From: Thermoplasmata archaeon
Lineage (GTDB): Archaea; Thermoplasmatota; Thermoplasmata; Lutacidiplasmatales; UBA184
NCBI GenBank assembly: GCA_027314165.1
Contig: DAHVCH010000004.1
Coordinates: 2,770-66,769, forward strand
Length of the DNA: 64,000 bases
Direction: 5' to 3'
The position numbers were made by a program, and so were the translations under genes. Shown here one piece after another: positions 1 to 8,203 of this stretch. The notes under the pieces were generated by a model. The model had not been told where the DNA came from and did not search any database. It saw only the letters and a list, made by a program, of their open reading frames with translations. Positions within the stretch are counted from its first letter, which is position 1. Every line of letters starts with the position of its first letter.

Positions 1-145
1 GGTAGATCCCCACCCAGTTGTACGGCTCGAAGTCCTTGCGCAGCCAGCGGCAGAAGGGCGTGAGGGTCCCGCCCTCCGGTCCGCTCCGAAGCAGCGTCCG
101 AGCCTCGGAGAGGGCGGAGGACGCGTGCTCCTCGGTGACGTTCAT
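1..145 (-). CDS. GAF-domain protein (free Met-R-sulfoxide reductase-like), N-terminal part; runs off window edge
   Basis: Manual translation from ATG at 145: MNVTEEHASSALSEAR...KDFEPYNWVGIY; the NWVGxY motif is typical of fRMsr/YebR GAF proteins. Confidence 0.6.
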   Translation of the reverse strand, partial: MNVTEEHASSALSEARTLLRSGPEGGTLTPFCRWLRKDFEPYNWVGIY

Positions 146-194
146 TCGGGGACTCGTGTCATCTGGCGGGCAGGTTCTCGGGAAGGGAGGGGAG

Positions 195-312
195 CGCCGA
201 GGGGGAGACTCTCCATCGACGGGGGTGGTCCCCGTCGGTCTTTGAACTCCCGAGGTGGAGATCCACCACGAGCTTTCCAGGCTCGCGCCGTACCGGTCTG
301 AGCCACCTCGGC
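195..312 (-). tRNA. tRNA-Ser(GGA) with 32-nt intron in the T-loop (59/60; intron 209-240)
   Basis: Reverse complement: acceptor GCCGAGG/CCTCGGC, discriminator G, anticodon arm CGAGC-CTGGAAA-GCTCG, long variable arm, T-arm GGGAG-TTCAAA[intron]T-CTCCC; CCA not encoded. Confidence 0.92.
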
Positions 313-397
313 AGCCCCGAGGAGCGGATAGGAGCCCCGAGATAACCCTAGCGCGAAGCGGCCGAGGGGCGGACGGAGCGTCCGGGCCTTGCCTGGC

Positions 398-637
398 CTA
401 CCAGCCGGACACCGACGACCCGCACTTGGGGCAGGGCGTGGGCCGCAGGTCCACTTCCAGCCAGTATCCGCAGCTGGGGCAGTCGCTCGAGAGGGGCCCT
501 AGAGGGGTGGAGCAGTCGAAACAGAGTCCGTGTCGCCGGTCGTCGGGAAGCACGACGAGTTCCTTCCCGCACTGCAGGCAGTGCTGGAATTTCTCCTCGC
601 CCGACAGGAACGTGCGAACGTCAGCTTCCACCAACAT
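398..637 (-). CDS. Small multi-CxxC zinc-ribbon protein
   Basis: Four CxxC pairs (CLQC, CFDC, CPSC, CPKC) in 79 aa; start reassigned to ATG 637. Confidence 0.65.
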   Translation of the reverse strand: MLVEADVRTFLSGEEKFQHCLQCGKELVVLPDDRRHGLCFDCSTPLGPLSSDCPSCGYWLEVDLRPTPCPKCGSSVSGW

Positions 638-871
638 CCGAGCTTCCGACCAGCTTCCGCGAAGATAAGCCTGCCGACCACCGGGCCGACTTGAGGCACC
701 GGACCCGGACTTTTTCGTACGAATTATCTCGCGCGGGCGGCGTGGCCCTCCGTCAGAGCGATGCGCCGGGTCCGCAACTCTTCGAGAGAGCGCGTCGCGG
801 CGACGCACGCCCCGCGGAGCCGTTCCGAGTCGTGCCGCGGACACCGCGGTCGGCCGCGAAAGGCCAGTCGC

Positions 872-1627
872 TCAGTTCTCCCGCCACTGGGCCTTCTTCC
901 AGGCGATGAGGAAGAGCACCGTCGCCGACGCGAGGAGGATGACGACCGCCTCGATCCCGCTCTCGAGGGAGAGCGGCGCGAGCCCCATCGCGCCCTTGAC
1001 GAGGTTCGCCGCCCACGTCGTCGGCGCCAGCTGCGCGGCGTCCTGGAGCAGCGGCCATCGGGAGAGCGCCCCGATCGGGTAGTAGACCGGCGGGATGACC
1101 GTGAGCGCGATCGAGATGAGCGGAGAGACCGCGAACGTCTCCCGCACGTCGGCCAGGTACGTGGCGAGCGTGAAGCCCAGAGAGCTCGCGAAGATCCAGA
1201 GGAGGACCAGCGTGCCGAAGACGATGAGCCCTCCCAGGAAGACGTAGTGGGCCCAGATGAGCGAGAGGACGACGAACACGATCATCCCCGGCAGCGAGTA
1301 GACGAACTCGCTCAGGGCGAGGCCCAGCACGTAGGTCCCGGCGGAGACCGGCGAGGCGACCGCCATCTCGTGGAATTTGAGGTCCTGCTTGTAGTGGGTC
1401 ATGTCGGTCTGGAGGGAGGTGCCGATCGAGAGGACGGTCAGCACCATCCCTCCCGCCACGGCGAACTGGACGTAGGTCGGATTCCCGCCGGAGACGACGA
1501 AGATGAGGAACAGGAAGGAGAACGGGCTCGTCAGCGTGTTCAGCAGGAACAGCGGCTGGCGCTTCAACGGGAGGAACCCGTTCATCGAGACCAGGGCCCA
1601 GATGGCCCGCAGGCGGCTATGCGGCAC
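872..1627 (-). CDS. ABC-2 type exporter permease
   Basis: About 6 TM helices, PPVYYP motif; overlaps the upstream ATPase. Confidence 0.85.
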   Translation of the reverse strand: MPHSRLRAIWALVSMNGFLPLKRQPLFLLNTLTSPFSFLFLIFVVSGGNPTYVQFAVAGGMVLTVLSIGTSLQTDMTHYKQDLKFHEMAVASPVSAGTYVLGLALSEFVYSLPGMIVFVVLSLIWAHYVFLGGLIVFGTLVLLWIFASSLGFTLATYLADVRETFAVSPLISIALTVIPPVYYPIGALSRWPLLQDAAQLAPTTWAANLVKGAMGLAPLSLESGIEAVVILLASATVLFLIAWKKAQWREN

Positions 1628-2558
1628 CGACGGCCTCCTCGTCGTCCTGGGAGATCTCCTTGCCGACGATCTGGACGAACAGGTCCTCGAGGCTCACCGG
1701 ACCCATGGAGATCCTCCGGCCCTTCTCGAGGGCCTGACGGGCGAGCTCGTTGGCCCGCGGCTCGTCGGTGAAGAGCAGCGTCTTGTTCCCGACCCGGGTC
1801 ACCTGCCCCATCTCCTCGAGGTCGGAGGGGGCGAAGCCGTCCTCCAGGGTGACGCGGTAGGGGTACTTGACCCGCGCCGCGATGTCGGCGGGACTCCCGT
1901 GGGCCAGCAGCCGCCCGCTCTCCAGGATGGCGAGCTGGTCCGACAGCGCCTCCGCCTCGTCCAGGTAGTGGGTCGTGAGGAGGATCGTCCGGTCCTCGTG
2001 CGCCGCCTTCCGTATCGCGCTCCAGACGCTGCGCCGGGCCAGCGGGTCGAGGCCGGTCGTGGGCTCGTCCAGGAACAGGAACTCCGCATCGGAGGCCATC
2101 ACCATCGCGACCATCACCCGGCGGCGGAGCCCTCCGCTCAGCCGGTTGACCTGGGTGTTCTTCCAGTGCGAGAGCTCGAGCTCCTCCAGCGTGCGGAGCG
2201 CGGTCCTTTCGGCCTCCGCCCTCGCCGAGCCCCGCATGCGGAGGTAGTAGGAGACCAGCTCCGTCGGGGTGAGCCAGTAGAAGGGCCGGGATTCCTGCGG
2301 GATGACCGCGATCCGGGCCCTCACGGGGTCCGGGTCCTGGACCACGTCGTGGCCGAAGACCTCGAGCGAGCCGGCGGTGGGCATGAGCGAGGTGGAAGAA
2401 ATGCGGACGAAGGTGGTCTTCCCGGCCCCGTTCCTCCCGAGGAGACCCAGGACGACCCCCTTGGGGACCCTGAGGTCGACATCGACCAGCGCGCGGTTGG
2501 ACCCCCCGCGCCAGCGGTACTCGCGCCCGAGCTTGCGCGAGACCAGGATGTCCGTCAT
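1617..2558 (-). CDS. ABC transporter ATP-binding protein
   Basis: GRNGAGKTT, LSGG, FLDEPTTGLD, TTHY. Confidence 0.93.
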   Translation of the reverse strand: MTDILVSRKLGREYRWRGGSNRALVDVDLRVPKGVVLGLLGRNGAGKTTFVRISSTSLMPTAGSLEVFGHDVVQDPDPVRARIAVIPQESRPFYWLTPTELVSYYLRMRGSARAEAERTALRTLEELELSHWKNTQVNRLSGGLRRRVMVAMVMASDAEFLFLDEPTTGLDPLARRSVWSAIRKAAHEDRTILLTTHYLDEAEALSDQLAILESGRLLAHGSPADIAARVKYPYRVTLEDGFAPSDLEEMGQVTRVGNKTLLFTDEPRANELARQALEKGRRISMGPVSLEDLFVQIVGKEISQDDEEAVGAA

Positions 2559-2621
2559 GCCGACAGGGGGACCCGGGGCGTCCCTTAAGACCAGGCCGTG
2601 CAGAGGAAGGCGGTCACGGCC

Positions 2622-3692
2622 TCAGCTCAGGATCTCGGCGAGCCGGTCCTCCGCCATCGCCCGCTTGAGCTCGAGGGCGATCCGGCGGCCGGTGGAGAGG
2701 CCCGGGGCCACCATGTCGGAGTAGGGGGAGCCGTTGATGTACACGTTCGTCCCGGCGACGATCCTCGTGGAGATCTCGAACACGTAGAACTCGAGCTTCT
2801 CCGTCATGATCCCCTCGACGCAGAAGGGCCCGACCATGCCGCCGAACAGGTCGATGGACCGCTCGACGATCTTCTCGCCGATCTCGAAGATCTCGGGCAG
2901 GAGGGACTCCCTCAGGACCACGGGCACGTTGCCGGTGACCACGAACGTGGGCCGGATCCCGGAGCGCAGGAGCTCCTCCTGGCTGCCGAGCTTGTACAGC
3001 TCGTCGATGTTCGCCTCGTCCCGGCGGTCCATCCCGAGCAGCTCGAGCGAGCCGTCGCCGCAGCGGTAGCCCTTGTCGTTGAGAGGGGAATAGAAGAAGT
3101 GGATGTAGTACCGGGTGCCGATGACGTACTCCTGGATGACGTGGGGCTCGACGATCCGGAAGTTGTCGAGCTCGTGGCGGTTCTTCGCGAGGATGAACCC
3201 TCGACCGCCCTTCGCCCCGTAGTACTTCACGATGACCGGCCCATCGACCTCGCTCGAGTCGGTGTACTTCCTCGGCATCCGGACGCCCGCGCCTTCGAGC
3301 CAGACCCGTTCCTTCTCCCGGTCCGACTCCCATTCCATCACGCGGCGGTTGCCGAAGACGGGCACCGGGAGCTTCGAGAAGCGCTCGGGGCCGACGTATT
3401 CCACGAACGACCCGGTGGGCACCAGCACGGCCGCCTCCCTCCGCAGCCGCTCGGCGTGCTCGCCGATCTCCGTCACCTTCGGGAGGGTCAGGAACAGGTC
3501 CGGCTTCGCGAGAGGGAAGGCGTCGTAGAACCGGGGAGCCTTTCCCCGGGCGATCCCCAGGGTCCGGAACCCCTCGAGGCGTGCACCGTGGAAGATCTGC
3601 AAGCTCGAGTGTGAACAGATGGTGGCGATGGTGGGGTCCTTCCCCTCGAGGGGCTCGAGGACGCGGTCGGAGGCGAGTCTAGGGGCTACCAT
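2622..3692 (-). CDS. purP: Formate-dependent FAICAR synthetase (ATP-grasp)
   Basis: IATICSHSSLQIFHGA, GAKGGRG, LRESLL, FEISTRIVAGTN. Confidence 0.9.
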   Translation of the reverse strand: MVAPRLASDRVLEPLEGKDPTIATICSHSSLQIFHGARLEGFRTLGIARGKAPRFYDAFPLAKPDLFLTLPKVTEIGEHAERLRREAAVLVPTGSFVEYVGPERFSKLPVPVFGNRRVMEWESDREKERVWLEGAGVRMPRKYTDSSEVDGPVIVKYYGAKGGRGFILAKNRHELDNFRIVEPHVIQEYVIGTRYYIHFFYSPLNDKGYRCGDGSLELLGMDRRDEANIDELYKLGSQEELLRSGIRPTFVVTGNVPVVLRESLLPEIFEIGEKIVERSIDLFGGMVGPFCVEGIMTEKLEFYVFEISTRIVAGTNVYINGSPYSDMVAPGLSTGRRIALELKRAMAEDRLAEILS

Positions 3693-3780
3693 TGCGGTGC
3701 CAATCGTCCGGTCTTAATTCGCTTTCGCAACCGCCCCCCCGCGATCTTGCCGCCGACCGCAGCTTCATCCCCGAGCGGGG

Positions 3781-4314
3781 GTGGCCCGGGGCGTGTCCGT
3801 CCTGGACCGGATCCCGTTCTTCGTTCCCTGGGGGGAGGCCGTCCTTCTGGTCGCCGTCTCCGGGGCGTTCTTCCTGGTCCTGGGGAGGCTGCTCCGCAGC
3901 GTGGCCAAGCGGGCGGGCGTCCGCGCCCGTGCACGAAGGGCCATCTGGGAGACGCTGAGCCTGCTCTGGCTCGTCACCTCCGCCTACCTGCTCCTCAACC
4001 TCACCGGGATCGCCTCCCAGCTCACCATCCTCACGGCGGGGGGCATCGCCGGGCTCGTCATCTCGATGGGACTGCAGACGACCCTCGCGAACACCTTCGC
4101 CGGCATCTTCCTGCTGCGGGACCAGGCCATCCGGGTCGGGGACCGCATCGAGTACGCGGGGACCAAGGGACGCGTCCTCCGGATCGCCCTCCGGAACACC
4201 TGGATCGAGACGGACGACGGGGCGGTAGCCGTTATCGGGAACTCTGCGCTCTCCGCGGGGCCCCTGGTCAACCGCAGCGCGAGGAGCCGGCTCTCCCACC
4301 TCTTCGAGCCGTAG
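3781..4314 (+). CDS. Short MscS-family mechanosensitive channel
   Basis: 3 TM segments, GLQTTLANTFAGI, IRVGDRIE, GRVLRIALRNT. Confidence 0.82.
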   Translation: MARGVSVLDRIPFFVPWGEAVLLVAVSGAFFLVLGRLLRSVAKRAGVRARARRAIWETLSLLWLVTSAYLLLNLTGIASQLTILTAGGIAGLVISMGLQTTLANTFAGIFLLRDQAIRVGDRIEYAGTKGRVLRIALRNTWIETDDGAVAVIGNSALSAGPLVNRSARSRLSHLFEP

Positions 4315-4390
4315 GGGCTCTCCTCCGCGGTCGGCGGCCCATGTCCGACCCTCGGAAAGGAGCAAATACCGAGCCCCGGGTCGGACCTCC

Positions 4391-5314
4391 ATGCCCCGCA
4401 GCGCCATCCCAGGGACCCTGGGCGCCCTGGTCCTGCCGGGCGTCCTCGTCCTGTCGGCGCTGCTGGGGTTGGTCGCGGTCCCGGGGATGGCCCAGGGTCC
4501 GACGGCCGGGTCCGCCTCCGCGCCCATGCCGCAGGGCCGGGCCTCCTCCGGGCCCACCTACGTGATCCTCGTGCACGGCTACGACCCGAGCACGGTCCCG
4601 GCCTACTCGGTGTGGACCTACGGCGTGAACGTCTACCAGCAACTGGTGAACGCCGGCTACGTCGTGGGCGTGGTCTCGTACTACGGGACCTTCACCCTGA
4701 CCTTCAGCAACGGGACCACCTACACCGACCCCTCCTTCTACGGGACCACGTCCACCCCGATCGAATCCATCGCCCTCGAGCTCGGAAGGACGCTCGACCG
4801 GGCCTTCGCGCACCAGAGCGTCACCCTCGACATCATGGGCCACAGCATGGGGGGCCTGGTGACCGAGTACCTCCTCGAACACGTCCGGCTGCCTCGGGTG
4901 ACCCTTCAGAACGTGATCTTCCTGGGGACGCCCTTGGACGGCGCGCCGGTGACCTACCTCACCCCCTGGGTCAACCTCACCGGCTACGAAGCGTCCGAGA
5001 TGTCCCAGGGCTCCGGGTTCCTCACGACGCTCCACGCCTGGATGCCTAACGCGCGAGCGAACTACCCGGGCACCGAGTGGCTCGTCTACGTCGGGTACGC
5101 GAACCCGATCTGGGCAATGGCCTACTTCTCGGGACATGCGAACGACGGGCTGGTCGATGCTCCTTCGGCCGAGGCGGTGCCCCACGACCACAGCTACCTC
5201 TTCCCGGACCTCCACATCCCGACGCTCGACCCCTACACTCCGGGGAAGGTGAGCTACTTCGAGGACCCGAACTACGCGTCCGAGGTCCTGGCCAACTTCT
5301 CAGGCCACTACTAG
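4391..5314 (+). CDS. Secreted alpha/beta hydrolase (lipase/esterase-like)
   Basis: Signal peptide, ILVHG oxyanion motif, GHSMGG nucleophile elbow, GTP, NDGLV. Confidence 0.85.
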   Translation: MPRSAIPGTLGALVLPGVLVLSALLGLVAVPGMAQGPTAGSASAPMPQGRASSGPTYVILVHGYDPSTVPAYSVWTYGVNVYQQLVNAGYVVGVVSYYGTFTLTFSNGTTYTDPSFYGTTSTPIESIALELGRTLDRAFAHQSVTLDIMGHSMGGLVTEYLLEHVRLPRVTLQNVIFLGTPLDGAPVTYLTPWVNLTGYEASEMSQGSGFLTTLHAWMPNARANYPGTEWLVYVGYANPIWAMAYFSGHANDGLVDAPSAEAVPHDHSYLFPDLHIPTLDPYTPGKVSYFEDPNYASEVLANFSGHY

Positions 5315-5412
5315 GAACACGAGCGCTGCGGAGCTCCCCGCGCCCCAGGGCTGAGTGGAAGGGCCCACCAATCCGAGGGTTCACCGACCGGCACGGCCCC
5401 GGCCCGGGCGGC

Positions 5413-6627
5413 CTAGGGGGAGGCGGCGATCTCCGCGAGACGCTGCTCGAAGGTCTTGGAGTCGCTGAGCCAGTTCCCCAGGGTCGTCGCGGTGTGAGGA
5501 GCCACCTGCTGCTCCCCAGGGCCAACGACGAGGGGTACCAGCCGCACGTCCTCCCCCACGCCTGTCAGCGTCCAGGCCGTCTGGGAGGTGTGCGGGATGA
5601 CCGAGAAACCCCGCCCCAGGAGGCGCTGGGTCTCAGGGTCGATCTGCCTTGGGTCCCAGGAGATCCACGCGCTCCCGTTGTTCGTGACCGCGTCGTCTCG
5701 GACGGTGTGGAGGATGCGCTCCACCTCGTGGACCGGCAGGACCTGGAGCAGCGCATCCACCCCCTCAAAGGCCACAAGCGCTTGAGGATGGTTCTGGAAG
5801 CGGACCCGCAGCCCGCGCAGGGTCCCACCGATGAGATCGCTGCGCATGCCCTGGGGGGTGGCCCGCAGGAGCTGCGTGTCCCCCACGTGCCACCAACGGC
5901 GAACGAGTCCAGGGACCCCAGGAGTGAACGCGAGACGCGCCCCTTGCTGGAAGCCGCCCTGGAGGTTACGCCACAGCTCCCCCTCGACGGGAGCGGTGAA
6001 GAGCGCCGCTTCGGGAAGTCTGACAGGCCCGAAGAGCGCCTCACGGATCCAGTCGTCGCTCGTCCACCCCGCGTGGTCCCGGATCTGCTCGAGCTCCCGG
6101 TGGGCCACGCGATGGGCCTGGGCCACGAGACGGAGGACCTCCCGGGCGCGGTAGCGGACGAGACGGGCCGACCCCAGCTCCAGGGGGACCGTGGAATAGG
6201 AGCGCAGGGACGTATCGGCCGGTGTGATGAGGCCGTTGGAGCGGTCCGGGAGCGTCAAGAAGAGGTGGGTCTTCTCCCCCGCCCGCATGAGCGAGCTGGC
6301 GAGGGTGCAACGTGTGGGCTCGTCCATCACGGACATGGGAAGCTCGACGCTCCGGAGCTGCGGGCGCTCCCCGAAATGAACCACCTCGTAGAAGTGGAGG
6401 AGAAGGGTAGGGTCCGCGGCCGGCGGGGCGTGGTTGGCTGCGATCGCCGGTGTCGCGGACCTGGGGTGGGCGATGGGCACGGGCGGAATCCCCTCGGAGA
6501 GGAAGCTTCCGAACTTGCAGGGTTCACTGGCCGACCACGAACGAGGGCCCTCGACGAGCTCTCCGGTCGCGAGGTCCACCGTCCGGATCCCGGGGCGGGT
6601 CGAACGGCTCTGACCGATGCGCTCCAT
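5413..6627 (-). CDS. Hypothetical protein with DUF835-like (inactive KaiC/RecA-fold) domain
   Basis: Strong SD-like GGAGGTGGTGAGG upstream; VAFEGVDALL...ILHTVRDDA...WISWDP...LL resembles the DUF835 consensus. Confidence 0.6.
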   Translation of the reverse strand: MERIGQSRSTRPGIRTVDLATGELVEGPRSWSASEPCKFGSFLSEGIPPVPIAHPRSATPAIAANHAPPAADPTLLLHFYEVVHFGERPQLRSVELPMSVMDEPTRCTLASSLMRAGEKTHLFLTLPDRSNGLITPADTSLRSYSTVPLELGSARLVRYRAREVLRLVAQAHRVAHRELEQIRDHAGWTSDDWIREALFGPVRLPEAALFTAPVEGELWRNLQGGFQQGARLAFTPGVPGLVRRWWHVGDTQLLRATPQGMRSDLIGGTLRGLRVRFQNHPQALVAFEGVDALLQVLPVHEVERILHTVRDDAVTNNGSAWISWDPRQIDPETQRLLGRGFSVIPHTSQTAWTLTGVGEDVRLVPLVVGPGEQQVAPHTATTLGNWLSDSKTFEQRLAEIAASP

Positions 6628-6645
6628 GCGACCTCACCACCTCCA

Positions 6646-7116
6646 TCACCGGGAGACCAGGCAGGAGCGGACGATCCCGGTCAGGACCGACCTGCTCCGC
6701 CCGGACCAAGGGTCCAGCCGGGCGAAGGGAGGGAGATCGTAGACCTTGGCCACACGACTTCCCACGCCGCCCCGTGCGATGGACCCCTCCGGAGCGAGGA
6801 CCGGGAGAGGCCCAGGGCGTGGGAGGCGGGCCAGGAGCCTGTTGCGGCGGAAGTGCGCGAGGCCTCCGAAGTTCCACCGGATCGTCCCGACGGTCCCAAG
6901 ACCGATTTGACACGGGTGCGAGACCCCTGTCAGCCACATCCTGTCGCCGGACCCTGCTTTGGACATTGCAGGACCGAAGCCCAGGGAGAGCCCTTTCAGT
7001 GCCCGGGCCACGAGGGCCCTTACGACGAACGTCGCAAACGCATTCATGGTCGCCACCCCGAGCGCGTACATGCCGACGCCTTTCTCGAGAGGCGGGGTCG
7101 CTTCCTGCGCGGACAC
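6646..7116 (-). CDS. Hypothetical protein
   Basis: Co-oriented ORF ending 18 nt before the DUF835-like gene start; no recognised motif. Confidence 0.4.
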   Translation of the reverse strand: MSAQEATPPLEKGVGMYALGVATMNAFATFVVRALVARALKGLSLGFGPAMSKAGSGDRMWLTGVSHPCQIGLGTVGTIRWNFGGLAHFRRNRLLARLPRPGPLPVLAPEGSIARGGVGSRVAKVYDLPPFARLDPWSGRSRSVLTGIVRSCLVSR

Positions 7117-7243
7117 AGGGGAGGCTTTCGGCCCTCCCCTTCTTGAACAAGCGGTGTCAATCAGGAACCAACTGATGCCTGCAGGTTCCGTAGCGGGCCA
7201 GCAGGGGGACCCGGTCCACCGAGGGCACCGGGGGCACCGGGGG

Positions 7244-7876
7244 CTATGCGCGCGCCCCGCCCTCGTCGACGGGAGCGGTCCCGTCGAGGCTCGTGCGAGA
7301 AAGGCGGGGGGCCGACACGGCGCGCAAGCGGCGTCGAGCGCTCCCTAGAGGAGAGCGGGAGCGTTCCTGCAGCTCGCGGACCTCGAGCCGGATCGGGGAA
7401 GTGCTCCCCAGAGCTCGAAGCCCAATCAACGGAAGCTGAGGGTTCTCGAACCTGCCCGGCCCCAGGTTCACCCGAAGCACGACGGGGACGCCCCGGTCCA
7501 GGCTGTCGACGATAAGGTCCTGGGTCGAGTTGGGGAGCACACCAAGCCCGAGGGCGGCTAGACCCTGCATCGGGTCCTTGAGCAGGCTTCGAAGGGCCAC
7601 CCACTGCGCTCGGGAGTGTCGCAGAAGACCTTCGGCGTCTTCGGGGGGAATGAGGATCGGGCTCTCGCTCGGGAACTTTCGGAGTTCAGGTCCAACCGAC
7701 CTTCGGTCGGTGGAGGGGAGAGGGTCACGGCACGCGCAGACCCGGGCTTGCGCCTGGTCGAGGTCGACCCGCACCGTCAACGCAGCGGTCGAGCCGTGCC
7801 CAACCGTCGGGTTGCGGGGGCAGAGCTCAGTATCTCTCCAGGGGCAGGTGGCTCGTGGCGCGTTTGTCGCTCCCAT
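7244..7876 (-). CDS. Hypothetical protein with Cys/His-containing N-terminus
   Basis: Purine-rich SD-like GAGGATGGAGG before ATG; CPW-x5-C...H...CAC. Confidence 0.5.
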   Translation of the reverse strand: MGATNAPRATCPWRDTELCPRNPTVGHGSTAALTVRVDLDQAQARVCACRDPLPSTDRRSVGPELRKFPSESPILIPPEDAEGLLRHSRAQWVALRSLLKDPMQGLAALGLGVLPNSTQDLIVDSLDRGVPVVLRVNLGPGRFENPQLPLIGLRALGSTSPIRLEVRELQERSRSPLGSARRRLRAVSAPRLSRTSLDGTAPVDEGGARA

Positions 7877-8203
7877 CCTCCATCCTCATCCTTCCCCTCT
7901 CCCGCCGGACGGTTCCCGTCAGCGGTAGGATAGATATTCCGCGTTTCGCGCTTGACGACTAGACCTCACCTGTAAGGGGAGAGTCGGAGGGGGGGGCCAG
8001 ACCCACGGCGCGATACGTTGTGGCGGGGACCGTGGACCCACGGTGGAACGCATGGCCCGACATCTCCCCTCGAGAGGCCCCCAGCGGTCTTGGAACGTGA
8101 GGCCCCGGGAGGAGGCGGATGCTGAAGGTGCGAAACTCCCACCGGGAGAGATGGGAACGTTGAAGGTCCGCTTCCCCTGGCTCCATGGTTCGGAGAACCC
8201 GCC

